A DNA stretch of 57,063 bases, from IMG/VR virus record IMGVR_UViG_2061766007_002098. The stretch is one strand, 5' to 3'. A program made the position numbers and the translations under genes. Numbering within the stretch: the first letter of the stretch is position 1; the number at the start of each line of letters is the position of its first letter. Under the pieces are notes generated by a model that did no database searches, was not told the origin of the DNA, and saw nothing but the letters and a program-made list of their open reading frames with translations. Of the stretch, positions 10,460 through 20,072 are shown in pieces. This DNA is from an uncultured virus (IMG/VR IMGVR_UViG_2061766007_002098). Lineage: Duplodnaviria > Heunggongvirae > Uroviricota > Caudoviricetes.

Positions 10460-10619
10460 TCTAGCTCCTTGGCTTTCCTGCGGAACAGATCGAACTGTCT
10501 CCACTTGCGCCTGAATAGTTCGCCTTCCGTTGACATGAATTCGAGCCTGTAGTATAGCGCCATGTATTTCGCCTGCTTTGACATTGCGAGAAGCAGGGTC
10601 TTCTTCGGGTTGGCAAAGT

Positions 10620-10814
10620 TCATTCCTTGTCCTTCTCTATTTTTAAGTCTCTAAACAATTGGTTCTTTTGAGCATGTGCGAATTTGTTCTGTTCTTTCCA
10701 AAAGTTGCACCACCATTTCCACGAATGCCATCTTGCAACGGCAATGCCGAGGAAAGGAATCACGATAGCCATGCCTGCCACGATGCCTCTAGCAAGGATT
10801 TCGTTTTCTGTCAT
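10620..10814 (-). CDS. small membrane protein
   Basis: Hydrophobic GIVAGMAIVIPFLGIAVA. Confidence 0.55.
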   Translation of the reverse strand: MTENEILARGIVAGMAIVIPFLGIAVARWHSWKWWCNFWKEQNKFAHAQKNQLFRDLKIEKDKE

Positions 10815-10817
10815 TGG

Positions 10818-11360
10818 TCATTCCCCGAACGGGTCTAGCCGTTCCTTCGGTAGCCACTTGCCCGTGCGGGCGCGGTGGATGTAGTTCTCCGCCTTCATAA
10901 GGTCCAGTTCTATCGGCTGGTCCGCCTTTGCGCCTAGCCTGGGCGACAGGTATTTAAGAGCGCAGACTACATCGTAGGCCCGCTCTGGAGCCATGTTGTT
11001 TTCCAGGAGCTTGACGAGCATATACTCCAGATAGTCGATGGTCTCGACCTTTCCGTCGTAGTATTCGCCGGTCGCGGTGCGGCTATTCTTCGTCTTAATC
11101 ATTCTCGCTTCTTTAGCTTCTTGAGTTTGGGGAAGGATGGCGCAATGAAACCAGCTTGAATCTTGCCTGCCGTCACGGCTTTCTGTAAGAACTGGCGGAT
11201 TCATATACGGTATGTATGCGATGACGTTCTGTTCTGCCTTAAATGCGTTTTCAAAATCGTCTCTGTCCCAGCATACGGCCTTTGTGCCTTTTGAAAAAGT
11301 CACAGGCTCGTTAGACGTAAACTCTTCAAGTTCCATTCCCTTGTAGCTAATCTTCGCCAT
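10818..11360 (-). CDS. DUF3310 (T7 gp1.7-like) domain protein
   Basis: YYDGKVETIDYL...ALKYLSPRLGAK...DLMKAENYI. Confidence 0.75.
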   Translation of the reverse strand: MAKISYKGMELEEFTSNEPVTFSKGTKAVCWDRDDFENAFKAEQNVIAYIPYMNPPVLTESRDGRQDSSWFHCAILPQTQEAKEARMIKTKNSRTATGEYYDGKVETIDYLEYMLVKLLENNMAPERAYDVVCALKYLSPRLGAKADQPIELDLMKAENYIHRARTGKWLPKERLDPFGE

Positions 11361-13024
11361 CGTCGGTTTCCTTCTCGTTCGTCTTTTCGGATTCCCAGAG
11401 TTCCTTTGCCTTCTGCATGGCCTCGTCCTTCGGGAGGCATCCGAAGTAGCCGCGTTCGTCTCCGTTGCGCACTCCGTTGTAGCCGAGTACGGATTCCACG
11501 ATCTCGTCTTCCAGGATGTCGCGCTGACGCTTTTCGCCAACCTCGTCGCCTACGTGCAGCAGGAACGATTCGTCCTTGTCGGTATGGTTGCCGTCGGCGT
11601 CGCATTCCGTGTATTCGTAGCGGCAGTTAGTGAGGGTGGCGAGCACGAAGGCAACCTGGATGTCGTCGAGCGTTGACACGAAGTCGTGTACCTTGGAACG
11701 GACGTGAGGTTCGTCCACTGCGAACACCTTGTGCTCGATGGCGTTCCTGTCGCTCCAGGAAAGTCCGTCGTCGGGTTCGCCTTCGCCTTCGGAATCTTCC
11801 GAATCTTCTTCGGGTTCGCGGTATGCGAGGCCGGACTTGCCTTCGTAAACCCAGAACATCGGCTTCACGCCCTTTTTCTTGAGTTCCTCGATTTCGTCGG
11901 CGTTGCATTCCTCGTCGGCGACCCATTCGCCCCATCCGTTGCTGGCGCTCATGTCCTCGCCTTCTGGGACGCGCTCGTAGCCGTTCGCTCTCCAGCTTTC
12001 GGCGAGCTGTTCCTCGAACTTCTTCACGTTTTCCTCGAAGCACTGCTCGTCGAGACAGTACACGTCCTTGATGTCTCCGAATAGGTCCTGCTGGCAGTCG
12101 GATTTCTTGGTGCAGCCCTCGCACACCTTCTTNNNNNNNNNNCTTGAGCTCCGCGATTTCTTCGGCGTTACATTCCTCGTCGGCGACCCATTCGCCCCAT
12201 CCGTTGCAGGCGCTCATGTCCTCGCCTTCGGGGACGCGCTCGTAGCCGTTCACCCTCCAGCTCTCGGCGAGCTGTTCCTCGAACTTCTTCACGTTATCCT
12301 CGAAGCACTGCTCGTCGAGACAGTACACGTCCTTGATGTCGCCGAAGAGGTCCTGCTGGCAGTCGGATTTCTTGGTGCAGCCCTCGCACACCTTCTTGCA
12401 GTCGAAGCAGGCCTTGTCGAGAGCCTTGCGGCTGCGTAGGATGGCCGCGCGGAGCTGTTCGGGAGTGTTCCACTTGGCCTGTTCCAGGAACCTGTCGATG
12501 TCGCCCTCGGGGCATACGGTGAGCGCCTCGGCGTGGCCTAGGTTGATCTTTCCCTGTTCCAGGTATTCGAGCGCCTTTCCGCCCAGCTTCGCGATGCGGT
12601 AGCGCGCCTCGGCCCACCTTGCGGACTTGCCGAACATGGCGCCGATTTCCATTCGTCCCTTCCCGCGGCGGAAAAGGCTCGCCACGGCCTTCGCCTCGTC
12701 TACGGGCGACATCTGCGTGCGCACGATGTTCTCGGCCACGGACACTTCCTGGTATTCCTTCTCGGTGGAGAGTTCCACCTCGATGGCGCTCACGGAGCGC
12801 TTGAGTTCCTTCAGCGCGGCGAGACGGCGGTTACCTGCGACCACCACGAACTTGCCTTCCTCGGTGCGTCGCACGGTGATGGGCTGGATGAGCCCGTGAG
12901 CCCTGATGCTAGCGACCAGGTCGCTGACGTCGCCGATTTCGGAACGGGGGTTCTTCGGGTCGAATTCCACCTCGTCCGGGCGGAGCTCCATCACCGCCAT
13001 GTAAGATACGCTTCCTTTTGCCAT
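11347..13024 (-). CDS. parB: ParB/Spo0J-family protein (gap with duplicated segment)
   Basis: NPR, SIRAHGLIQPITV, VVAGNRRLAA, ENIVRTQMSPVDEA, HTH and Cys cluster. Confidence 0.9.
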
Positions 13025-13259
13025 AGTAAGATTTTCCTTGGTTGAAAAAGTTTTCCCTTCACTATGTTATCGGAGTTCGCGTGCTGGACTTTTTTGTGTA
13101 AAGTAAATTTTTTATTGACAAAAAATGACACAAAATGTATATTGTGCAGTGAAGGGATAATATGGAAGNNNNNNNNNNCCATTGGTTGAAAATGTTTTTC
13201 CTTCACTATGTTATCGGAGTTCGCGTGCTGAACTTTTTTCGTGTAAAGTAAATTTTTTA

Positions 13260-13288
13260 TTGACAGAAAATGACACAAAATGTATATT
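13260..13288 (+). promoter_or_regulatory. sigma70-type promoter
   Basis: TTGACA-17 nt-TATATT upstream of ATG 13307; variant copy near 13115-13143. Confidence 0.65.
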
Positions 13289-13306
13289 GTGTAGTGAAGG
13301 GATAAT

Positions 13307-14125
13307 ATGGAAGCTACAGAAGAACTCTACAGGCGGTGCGAGGGAATTATCGACCTGTGCGTCGGGAAAGTCGCGAGCGCGAAACCTTACCTCGACAGGG
13401 ACGAACTCAAGTCAATCGCCAACACGGTATTCATNNNNNNNNNNGAAAGGAAAAGGATTTTATGGCGACGAATAAGAAAACCGACAATGCCGAGAAGAAG
13501 GTGCCGAAGTCGAAGGTCGTGCGCTTCGAGGTCATCGCCTTCGACAACGGGATGGAATTCCAGCTCCCCGTACCGGTGGAGATGAAGATTGGCGACCTGA
13601 ACTCGAACCTGACATTGCAGGTGGCGCAGGTGCTCGTGAAGGAAATCAACCTCCTCGGCCACAAGTGNNNNNNNNNNCCGCAACGTGCTCGTGCCTGACG
13701 GACAAGGCGGCCTATCAAAACCGGACAGCATCGACGACTTCGCGGACAACGGAAGATTCGAGGTAAGGGTGAACCAGTCCGTGATAATGCCTTCCACGAT
13801 AGAATACACGGAACGCATGGCAGACGACGGCTACTCCGAGCTGTTCGCCCATTGCGGCAAGGTTCTGTCCGCTGACGGCGCCGACGTGGTGGAGTCCGTG
13901 TGCTCCGAAAGGCTCAATACGGTGGGACGCAAGGTCAAGACGGTATCGCAGAAGGATTCCAGGTTCTCGAAGAACTGCGTCCTTAACGCCAGGAAAATGT
14001 GGCTCCGTCGCTACCGCAACATGGGGTGGACGGTGGAGCAGTGCGAGCGGACTCTACAGGAAGTCCGTCGCGCGGTGAGACAGTTCAGCCGCGGGGGCCT
14101 GCCGTGCAGGCTGGTCCGCGCATAG
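13307..14125 (+). CDS. sigma-factor-like protein (two fragments across gaps)
   Basis: N-fragment LYRRCEGII...DRDELKSIANTVF resembles sigma region 2; C-fragment 13678-14125 ends in an HTH-like YRNMGWTVEQCERTLQEV. Confidence 0.45.
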
Positions 14126-14147
14126 TAAAAAAAAGGAAAAGGATCTT

Positions 14148-14393
14148 ATGGCAACGAAGAAGAAAGCCGACAATGCCGGGAAGAAGGTGCCGAAGTCGAA
14201 GGTTGTCCGGTTCGATGTGATGGCGTTCGACAACGGGATGGAATTCCAGCTCCCCGTACCGGTGGAGATGAAGGTCGGAGACCTGAACTCGAACATCGTA
14301 TTGCAGGTGGCGCAGGTGCTAGTGAAGGAAATTAACCTCCTCGGGCACAAGTGCCTTTGGCGACGAACGCCGAAGGACATCCGCGGACGGTAG
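14148..14393 (+). CDS. hypothetical protein
   Basis: AAGGA RBS; the variant copy at 13462-13667 conserves the protein. Confidence 0.75.
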   Translation: MATKKKADNAGKKVPKSKVVRFDVMAFDNGMEFQLPVPVEMKVGDLNSNIVLQVAQVLVKEINLLGHKCLWRRTPKDIRGR

Positions 14394-14424
14394 CGGCATA
14401 AGAATTTTTTTTGACAAATTTGAG

Positions 14425-15714
14425 ATGGCACTTGTAATAAGCGAAGAGACAAAGGCCAAGATACGGGCAAGCTTGTCCGCGACGAAGGCAAGACGGCAGA
14501 CCCAAGTATGCCGTGTCTTTGAACTCAAGGTTTCCATACGCCATAACCCGAAGGAAGTATTCCAGAAGTTAGCCAAATGCTTCAAGGAAGCGAAGTGGGT
14601 AATCAACGACATGCTGTCCTTATCCAAGGACAATCCCGACAACAGCATGTTCGATTACAAGTATACCGAACACAAGAATGTAGTCCACTACGACAAGGAT
14701 AAGAACTTAGTAACTTCGACAATTACCCTGCCGTCGGTTCTTCACCGAGCAACGGTAGCCCAGAAGAAGACGGATATAGTGAACTTGGCGAAAGCAAAGT
14801 CTCACGGGCGAAAGGTAGGTATGTTAAAGTTCAAGCGTCAAGTGGACTGCATACCCATTACCACGGGTTATACGCAGATTATTGATGGGTGCAGGATAAC
14901 CATTCCTGGATTCCGTAGACTCCGTGTTCACGGGTTAAACCAATTACAGCAGTTCGAACAATTTGAGCTAGCCGATGCCAGGCTTATCCGTAAGGCATCC
15001 GGTTACTATGTGAATATTAGCATTATGCTGCCGAAATCAACCAGGAAGCCTACCAACCGAGAGGTCGGTCTTGATTTCGGAATAAAGGATTCCATAACGA
15101 CATCCAATGGTGACAAGTACAACTGCAAAGTGCAAGAATCGGAGCACCTGAAGTACCTGAGCAAGATGCTCAACAGGCACAAGACCGAGAAGGGCTCTAA
15201 GCGGCGATGGAGATGTAAGTGTCAACTGGCGAGGGAATATGAACACTTGGCCAATGTCCGCAAGGATATAGCCAACAAGATATACCACAAGCTGGTGGCC
15301 GACTACGATGTTATCTATTTTCAAGACGAACAGATTAAGAACTGGCATAAGGGATTGTTCGGCAAGTCCGTACAGTCGTCTTGCCTGGGTACTTTGAAAC
15401 AGCGACTGACTGCATTGGAAGCAAGCGGTCGTAGTTTCAAGATTTCAAAGTGGGAACCCACTACCAAGCTGTGCCCGAAGTGTGGTTGCATCAACCATCC
15501 AACGCTTGCAGACAGAATCTACAAGTGCGATTGCGGATACGCTATGGATCGCGATACCCATTCTGCTCGTGTAGTCTTGATGATTGGCTCGTCAAAAAGA
15601 GCTGAGTGCGTGGAACACGCCTCCACTGAGATAGCCGCCTCTATGCCTATCGGCATGGCCGATAGTGTACACGTGGCTTCGTTGAAGCGAAAACTAGAAG
15701 CTCCCCGCCTTTAA
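14425..15714 (+). CDS. tnpB: TnpB RNA-guided endonuclease (IS200/IS605 family)
   Basis: RuvC-I VGLDFG, RuvC-II region YFQDEQ, Zn finger CPKC...CDC, RuvC-III DRDTHSA. Confidence 0.93.
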   Translation: MALVISEETKAKIRASLSATKARRQTQVCRVFELKVSIRHNPKEVFQKLAKCFKEAKWVINDMLSLSKDNPDNSMFDYKYTEHKNVVHYDKDKNLVTSTITLPSVLHRATVAQKKTDIVNLAKAKSHGRKVGMLKFKRQVDCIPITTGYTQIIDGCRITIPGFRRLRVHGLNQLQQFEQFELADARLIRKASGYYVNISIMLPKSTRKPTNREVGLDFGIKDSITTSNGDKYNCKVQESEHLKYLSKMLNRHKTEKGSKRRWRCKCQLAREYEHLANVRKDIANKIYHKLVADYDVIYFQDEQIKNWHKGLFGKSVQSSCLGTLKQRLTALEASGRSFKISKWEPTTKLCPKCGCINHPTLADRIYKCDCGYAMDRDTHSARVVLMIGSSKRAECVEHASTEIAASMPIGMADSVHVASLKRKLEAPRL

Positions 15715-15750
15715 GGCGGTGGGTAGTTCATTCCGTAGTTGATTGCTCCA
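15676..15750 (+). ncRNA. 3' part of TnpB omegaRNA/right end plus predicted guide
   Basis: GAAGCTCCCCGCCTTTAAGGCGGTGGGTAGTTCA right-end hairpin ending TTCA at 15730; small hairpin GCTTCGTTGAAGC upstream; 5' boundary unknown. Confidence 0.7.
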
Positions 15751-15773
15751 TAGTATTTGATTGCTCCATAGTA
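15739..15773 (+). repeat. tandem 17-mer TTGATTGCTCCATAGTA x2
   Basis: Exact copies at 15739-15755 and 15757-15773. Confidence 0.9.
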
Positions 15774-15859
15774 GTCGGCGGGCGTGCCATTTCTCCGGCG
15801 CGTCCGCCGTTTCCGTTTTATTCATTGTGCGGAAACAGAACAGGCAGAGGACTTTTACC

Positions 15860-16630
15860 ATGGCAGAATGGAATTCAGCACCGGCAAGCAGCACGGCCAC
15901 GATATTCAGCGGCGACACCCCGCAGGCGAATGCCGCGCTTGTGAACGAATGGCTTGAAAAAGCCTACAAAGATGCAGTCGAAGAAGACAACTACAACTGG
16001 TATCTTCAAAATAGAGGTGTAATGCAGCCGGACGGTTCATATTTCGGAGCCGAACTCGTAAAGGCGCCTGAATTGAATTACGATCCGAATGTCCGTCAAG
16101 TAGGTCAGCCGATGCGAAATGTAGAAGCACGAGCCGATTATGACGAAAGGATGATGGACAACATCGGGGACCTTGTTTTGGGTTATGATCCACGCGAGAG
16201 TCAAGAAGGCTTCGGAGGCGAAGATGACGATTACAAGTCGGCTTTGTTCCTTGGAAGTTTTTCTCCTGGAAGGGCTGGACGTCTAGCAGGAGCCGTTTTC
16301 GGAGCGGATGTTGCCTACGATGTAGCTAAAGGTCGATATGTACCTGGTTTACTTGACATGATGTGGCTAGGTGGCATGGGTAAGAATGCCGCCAAGAAAG
16401 CAGCGAAAATGTACTACCAGGACAAGCTAACCCGTGCCGTTCGCAAGCGTTCGGCAAGGCAGGCGGCACGAAGGGCCGTTCCTCAACCGACAATCAGGAT
16501 GCAGGATGCCAGAACGGGGAAATGGAACGACATAAGCCCTTACATTGAAGTAGTTCCTTCCGAGGTCATTTCTACAGGTCCGTACAAGACGAATTTCCTT
16601 GACCGCATCAAGGAAGTCATGGAACGCTAA
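15860..16630 (+). CDS. putative virion cargo protein (LGYDP motif, C-terminal NFLDR)
   Basis: GAGG RBS and late motif upstream; similar to the 16730-17208 fragment. Confidence 0.65.
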   Translation: MAEWNSAPASSTATIFSGDTPQANAALVNEWLEKAYKDAVEEDNYNWYLQNRGVMQPDGSYFGAELVKAPELNYDPNVRQVGQPMRNVEARADYDERMMDNIGDLVLGYDPRESQEGFGGEDDDYKSALFLGSFSPGRAGRLAGAVFGADVAYDVAKGRYVPGLLDMMWLGGMGKNAAKKAAKMYYQDKLTRAVRKRSARQAARRAVPQPTIRMQDARTGKWNDISPYIEVVPSEVISTGPYKTNFLDRIKEVMER

Positions 16631-16729
16631 TCTTACAAGCTTCTTTATTCATAGTGCGACGGCATGCAAGTGCCGCCCTTTTTCCGTTTTTCCGGGAAAT
16701 GACGCCGCAGACGGGGCCGNNNNNNNNNN

Positions 16730-17208
16730 CTATTTCCGACGGCAACGAGGACGATTTCGAGCGCCTGCGCATCGAGCGCGACCTCGACCTGGAAAAGGAA
16801 CTGAAGGAACGCGAGCTCCGCCCGCACTCTCTCGAGGTCAAGGAACAGCCGTCGAAGCTGGAGGCGTTCTTCCTCGGCTACGATCCCGACGACGACGGCG
16901 AAGGCGAAGGTGTCAGCGTCGTGGACGCCGGTTACTTCGTCCCGGTCCTCGGTTCCGCCATGTACGGCAACAATATCCTCGACCAGGTGAGGCGCGGCGG
17001 AATGCCGGGCGCACTGGACGCAGCCATCGCGGTCCCGTTCTTCGGCCCGAGAATCAAGAGGGCTGGCAAGGCGTTCGTGAAGGGCTTCAAGGCCGGACGC
17101 GCACGCAGGTTCGCCGAAGGCCTGAAGGACAAGGACTACAGGACCCCTCTCGACTACGCCCGCACGCAGCTATTCGACAGGGAAGGAAAGCTGGTGGGCG
17201 AGTGGTAG
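16730..17208 (+). CDS. 5'-partial homolog or alternative allele of the 15860 gene
   Basis: FLGYDPDDDGEG; same downstream flank as the 15860 gene. Confidence 0.6.
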
Positions 17209-17334
17209 CCCGATAGATAAGCAATCGTTCTTTTATTCATAGGTGACGGCACTACTGTGCCGCCCTTTTTCCGTTTTTCCGGGAAATGACGCCGCAGACG
17301 GGGCCGCGACAAAATTCCCGTCGGGAGATATAGA

Positions 17335-17853
17335 ATGAATGCACTAGAATATGTCAGGAAGATTACACAGGACGGCTCGCGATGCCGTTTCCCTAGCGTA
17401 AAGTCCAAGGAAGTGAAGGTTATCGAGGGCTCGTCTCCGTTCCAGAAGTTCGAGACGAAACTTTACCGCACCGAGCCGGACGAGGACGCCGAAATCAAGC
17501 TGGAGAACACCCTGCTGGAACGCGTGACCGTCACGGCGCTAAATTCCACGACACCGCAGGCCTTCTACGACCACGTGTGCCTCATCCTGCCGAAGAAGGT
17601 GGGCAAGGTTACCATCGAGCGCGGCGAATACGACGAGGAGAAGTGGAAGCCGCTCCTACAGGAGCTCACCCTCGAGATTAGCAACGAGCTCGCGGCCCTC
17701 GCGTTCAAGGAACGCAACTTCAACGGCTCGCAGACCATCATCAAGATGCTACAGGCGCGCATCAAGTCGTGGCAGAAGGCGGTTGTGGCCGAGGTCGGAG
17801 CAGAGAAGGACGAGGACGACGGACACATCCAGCTCAACATCAACATAGTGTAG
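17335..17853 (+). CDS. putative terminase small subunit (phage B)
   Basis: Immediately upstream of TerL; C-terminal IQLNINIV strand. Confidence 0.6.
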   Translation: MNALEYVRKITQDGSRCRFPSVKSKEVKVIEGSSPFQKFETKLYRTEPDEDAEIKLENTLLERVTVTALNSTTPQAFYDHVCLILPKKVGKVTIERGEYDEEKWKPLLQELTLEISNELAALAFKERNFNGSQTIIKMLQARIKSWQKAVVAEVGAEKDEDDGHIQLNINIV

Positions 17854-17876
17854 CGCATGGCGGAGGCTGAATCCGC

Positions 17877-19341
17877 ATGCGGACAATCAACGTAGACATC
17901 AGGCCGGAACCATACCAGCGGTCCTTCTTCACGCAGAGGGAGCGCCTCTCGGGCATGTATTCCGGCCGTGGCGTGGGCAAGAGCTGGGTGATGCACAATA
18001 AGGCCTGCATCGCGCTTGCGAGCGGCGAGAACGTGCTATACCTCACGCCAACCAACTCCCTTCTCCGAAAGCAGATGATGCCGCGAATGCTCTCCACGCT
18101 CCGTTCGTGGGGGCTCACAGCAACCTGGAACAAGTCGGACGAGACCATTTCCGTGGACGGCTCCACCGGAATCCTTTGGGGAGCGTCCTACCGAAACTAC
18201 GACGACGTGTGCCGCGGTGCCGACGGCGTGTCCACCGTGTGCTACGACGAGCTCGCCAAGGCAGACGACCTGCCATTGCTCTTCGCCGCCGTGGNNNNNN
18301 NNNNNNNNNNNNNNNNNNNNNNNNNNNNNNNNNNNNNNNNNNNNCCGCATGGTGCTGAACAACGAGCTTGGCCGTGTCGTGACGGGCGCCACCATCGACG
18401 ACAACACCCACGTCACCGAGGCCGAGCGCGAGAACATGAAGCGCTTCCTGAAGGGCGACCTCTACCGCCAGGAAATCCAGGGGCAGATTCTCTCGGGCGA
18501 CATCGAGAGCGCAGTCTTCACCTCGGACTGCTTCGGGCGAATGTGGCAGCCGCCGAGGGGCTNNNNNNNNNNNNNNNNNNGCGCCGGACACGGCCGCGAC
18601 TACAACGTGTTCTACGTCATCGACGACGTGCACATCCTGGAGAAGGTCAAGATACAGAAGGCCGACTCCTTCGAGATGAACAACATCGCCCGCGGCCTCA
18701 TACAGAAGTACAACGTTCGCCAGGTGACCGTGGACGGCACGGGCGGCTACGGCCAGGCCATCTACGACTTCCTGAAGCTGGACCCTTCGCTACAGGTCTA
18801 CTTCACGAACTTCGGGCAGGCCGCGGAGGACCACGAGCACTTCGCCAACGCCCGAGCGGAGATGTTCTTCCGTCTCGCCGAGGCGATGAAGCTGGAATTC
18901 CGTCTCGACGACGCGGAAACCGAGGAGGAACTGCGCATAATCAGTTCGGACGTGAACGTGTCGGGCAAGTGCCTGCTGGTGAGCAAGGATGTCATCAAGA
19001 AGGTGCTCCANNNNNNNNNNTTCACGAACTTCGGTCAGGCCGCGGAGGACCACGAGCACTTCGCCAACGCCAGGGCCGAGATGTTCTTCCGTCTGGCCGA
19101 GGCGATGAAGCTGGAGTTCCGTCTCGACGACGCGGAGACCGAGGAGGAGCTGCGCATCATCAGTTCCGACGTGAACGTTTCGGGCAAGTGCCTGCTGGTG
19201 AGCAAGGATGTCATCAAGAAGGTGCTCCAGCGCTCCCCGGACAGCTCTGACGCGCTCGCACTGGCCTACTACAACAGGCGCAAGATGTCCACGCTCGACG
19301 TGGCCGTGAACAGCATGTACAAGAAGATGCGGATGTTCTAG
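17877..19341 (+). CDS. terL: terminase large subunit (phage B; gapped, partly duplicated)
   Basis: SGRGVGKS Walker A, VCYDELA Walker B, ATIDDN, VDGTGG, SPDSSDALAL. Confidence 0.92.
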
Positions 19342-19482
19342 GGAGTTTTTTTTCGCGTTGCGAAAGGAAATTTTGCTAAAAACGCGTTTTTTTGCGGTGA
19401 TTGAACTGGAAATTGCCGATTTTGGGCGAATTTTCTTTCGCGGTGCGAAAATTTTATTCATCGTGAAAAAGAGAGGTTTTAT

Positions 19483-19713
19483 ATGCCGGTAAGCGCAAGG
19501 CTACAGCAGATTTCGCCGCTGACCACATCGACGGCTGACATAGTGAACGCGTTGCAGGGGCTGTGGGGCCGTTCTGCGGACAACGGTAGCGACACGACCT
19601 GGTGCGTATTGGGCCGTGTAGTGTTCGTGCAGGGCGACACGCAGAAATGCCCCGTGAAGGTGATTGCGTGGAACAGCTGCGACGGCGGCGGTAGCTGGGG
19701 CATAGTCAAGTAG
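19483..19713 (+). CDS. small hypothetical late protein
   Basis: GAGAGG RBS; late motif at 19453. Confidence 0.6.
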   Translation: MPVSARLQQISPLTTSTADIVNALQGLWGRSADNGSDTTWCVLGRVVFVQGDTQKCPVKVIAWNSCDGGGSWGIVK

Positions 19714-19764
19714 GGGAGCCGTTTTATTCATTCCGTGGAATCAACATCTTTCACGGGATTTTTT

Positions 19765-20070
19765 ATGGCAGAACGCAGCAACTTGCTTGACAGGATGGTC
19801 GTGACCGCCGATGGCAACGAAACGAGCGGAACGAACGGACTCGGTACCGAGGGGACCCTTCTGGACAGATTCCTTGCGTGGCGAAGGGACAACGAGTCTG
19901 CCCGCAGGGCACGCCAGGCGGAGGACGCCCTTGAGGCTTTAGACGAAATCAGGAAAAGGAACAGTGCCTACCCGACGGAGAAACGGTCCAAGATGATAAG
20001 GGACCTCGAAAAGAGGTTCCGAGAGGCAGGAATACTGCGCGACGGCGAAGGGACTGAAGGGAGGCGCTAA
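19765..20070 (+). CDS. small NLLDR-tagged protein
   Basis: MAERSNLLDR... and internal TLLDR; late motif at 19723. Confidence 0.65.
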   Translation: MAERSNLLDRMVVTADGNETSGTNGLGTEGTLLDRFLAWRRDNESARRARQAEDALEALDEIRKRNSAYPTEKRSKMIRDLEKRFREAGILRDGEGTEGRR

Positions 20071-20072
20071 TC

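Noticed and set aside
15739..15773. Mini-CRISPR array next to TnpB
   Set aside because: Only two 17-nt units separated by 1 nt, with no spacer
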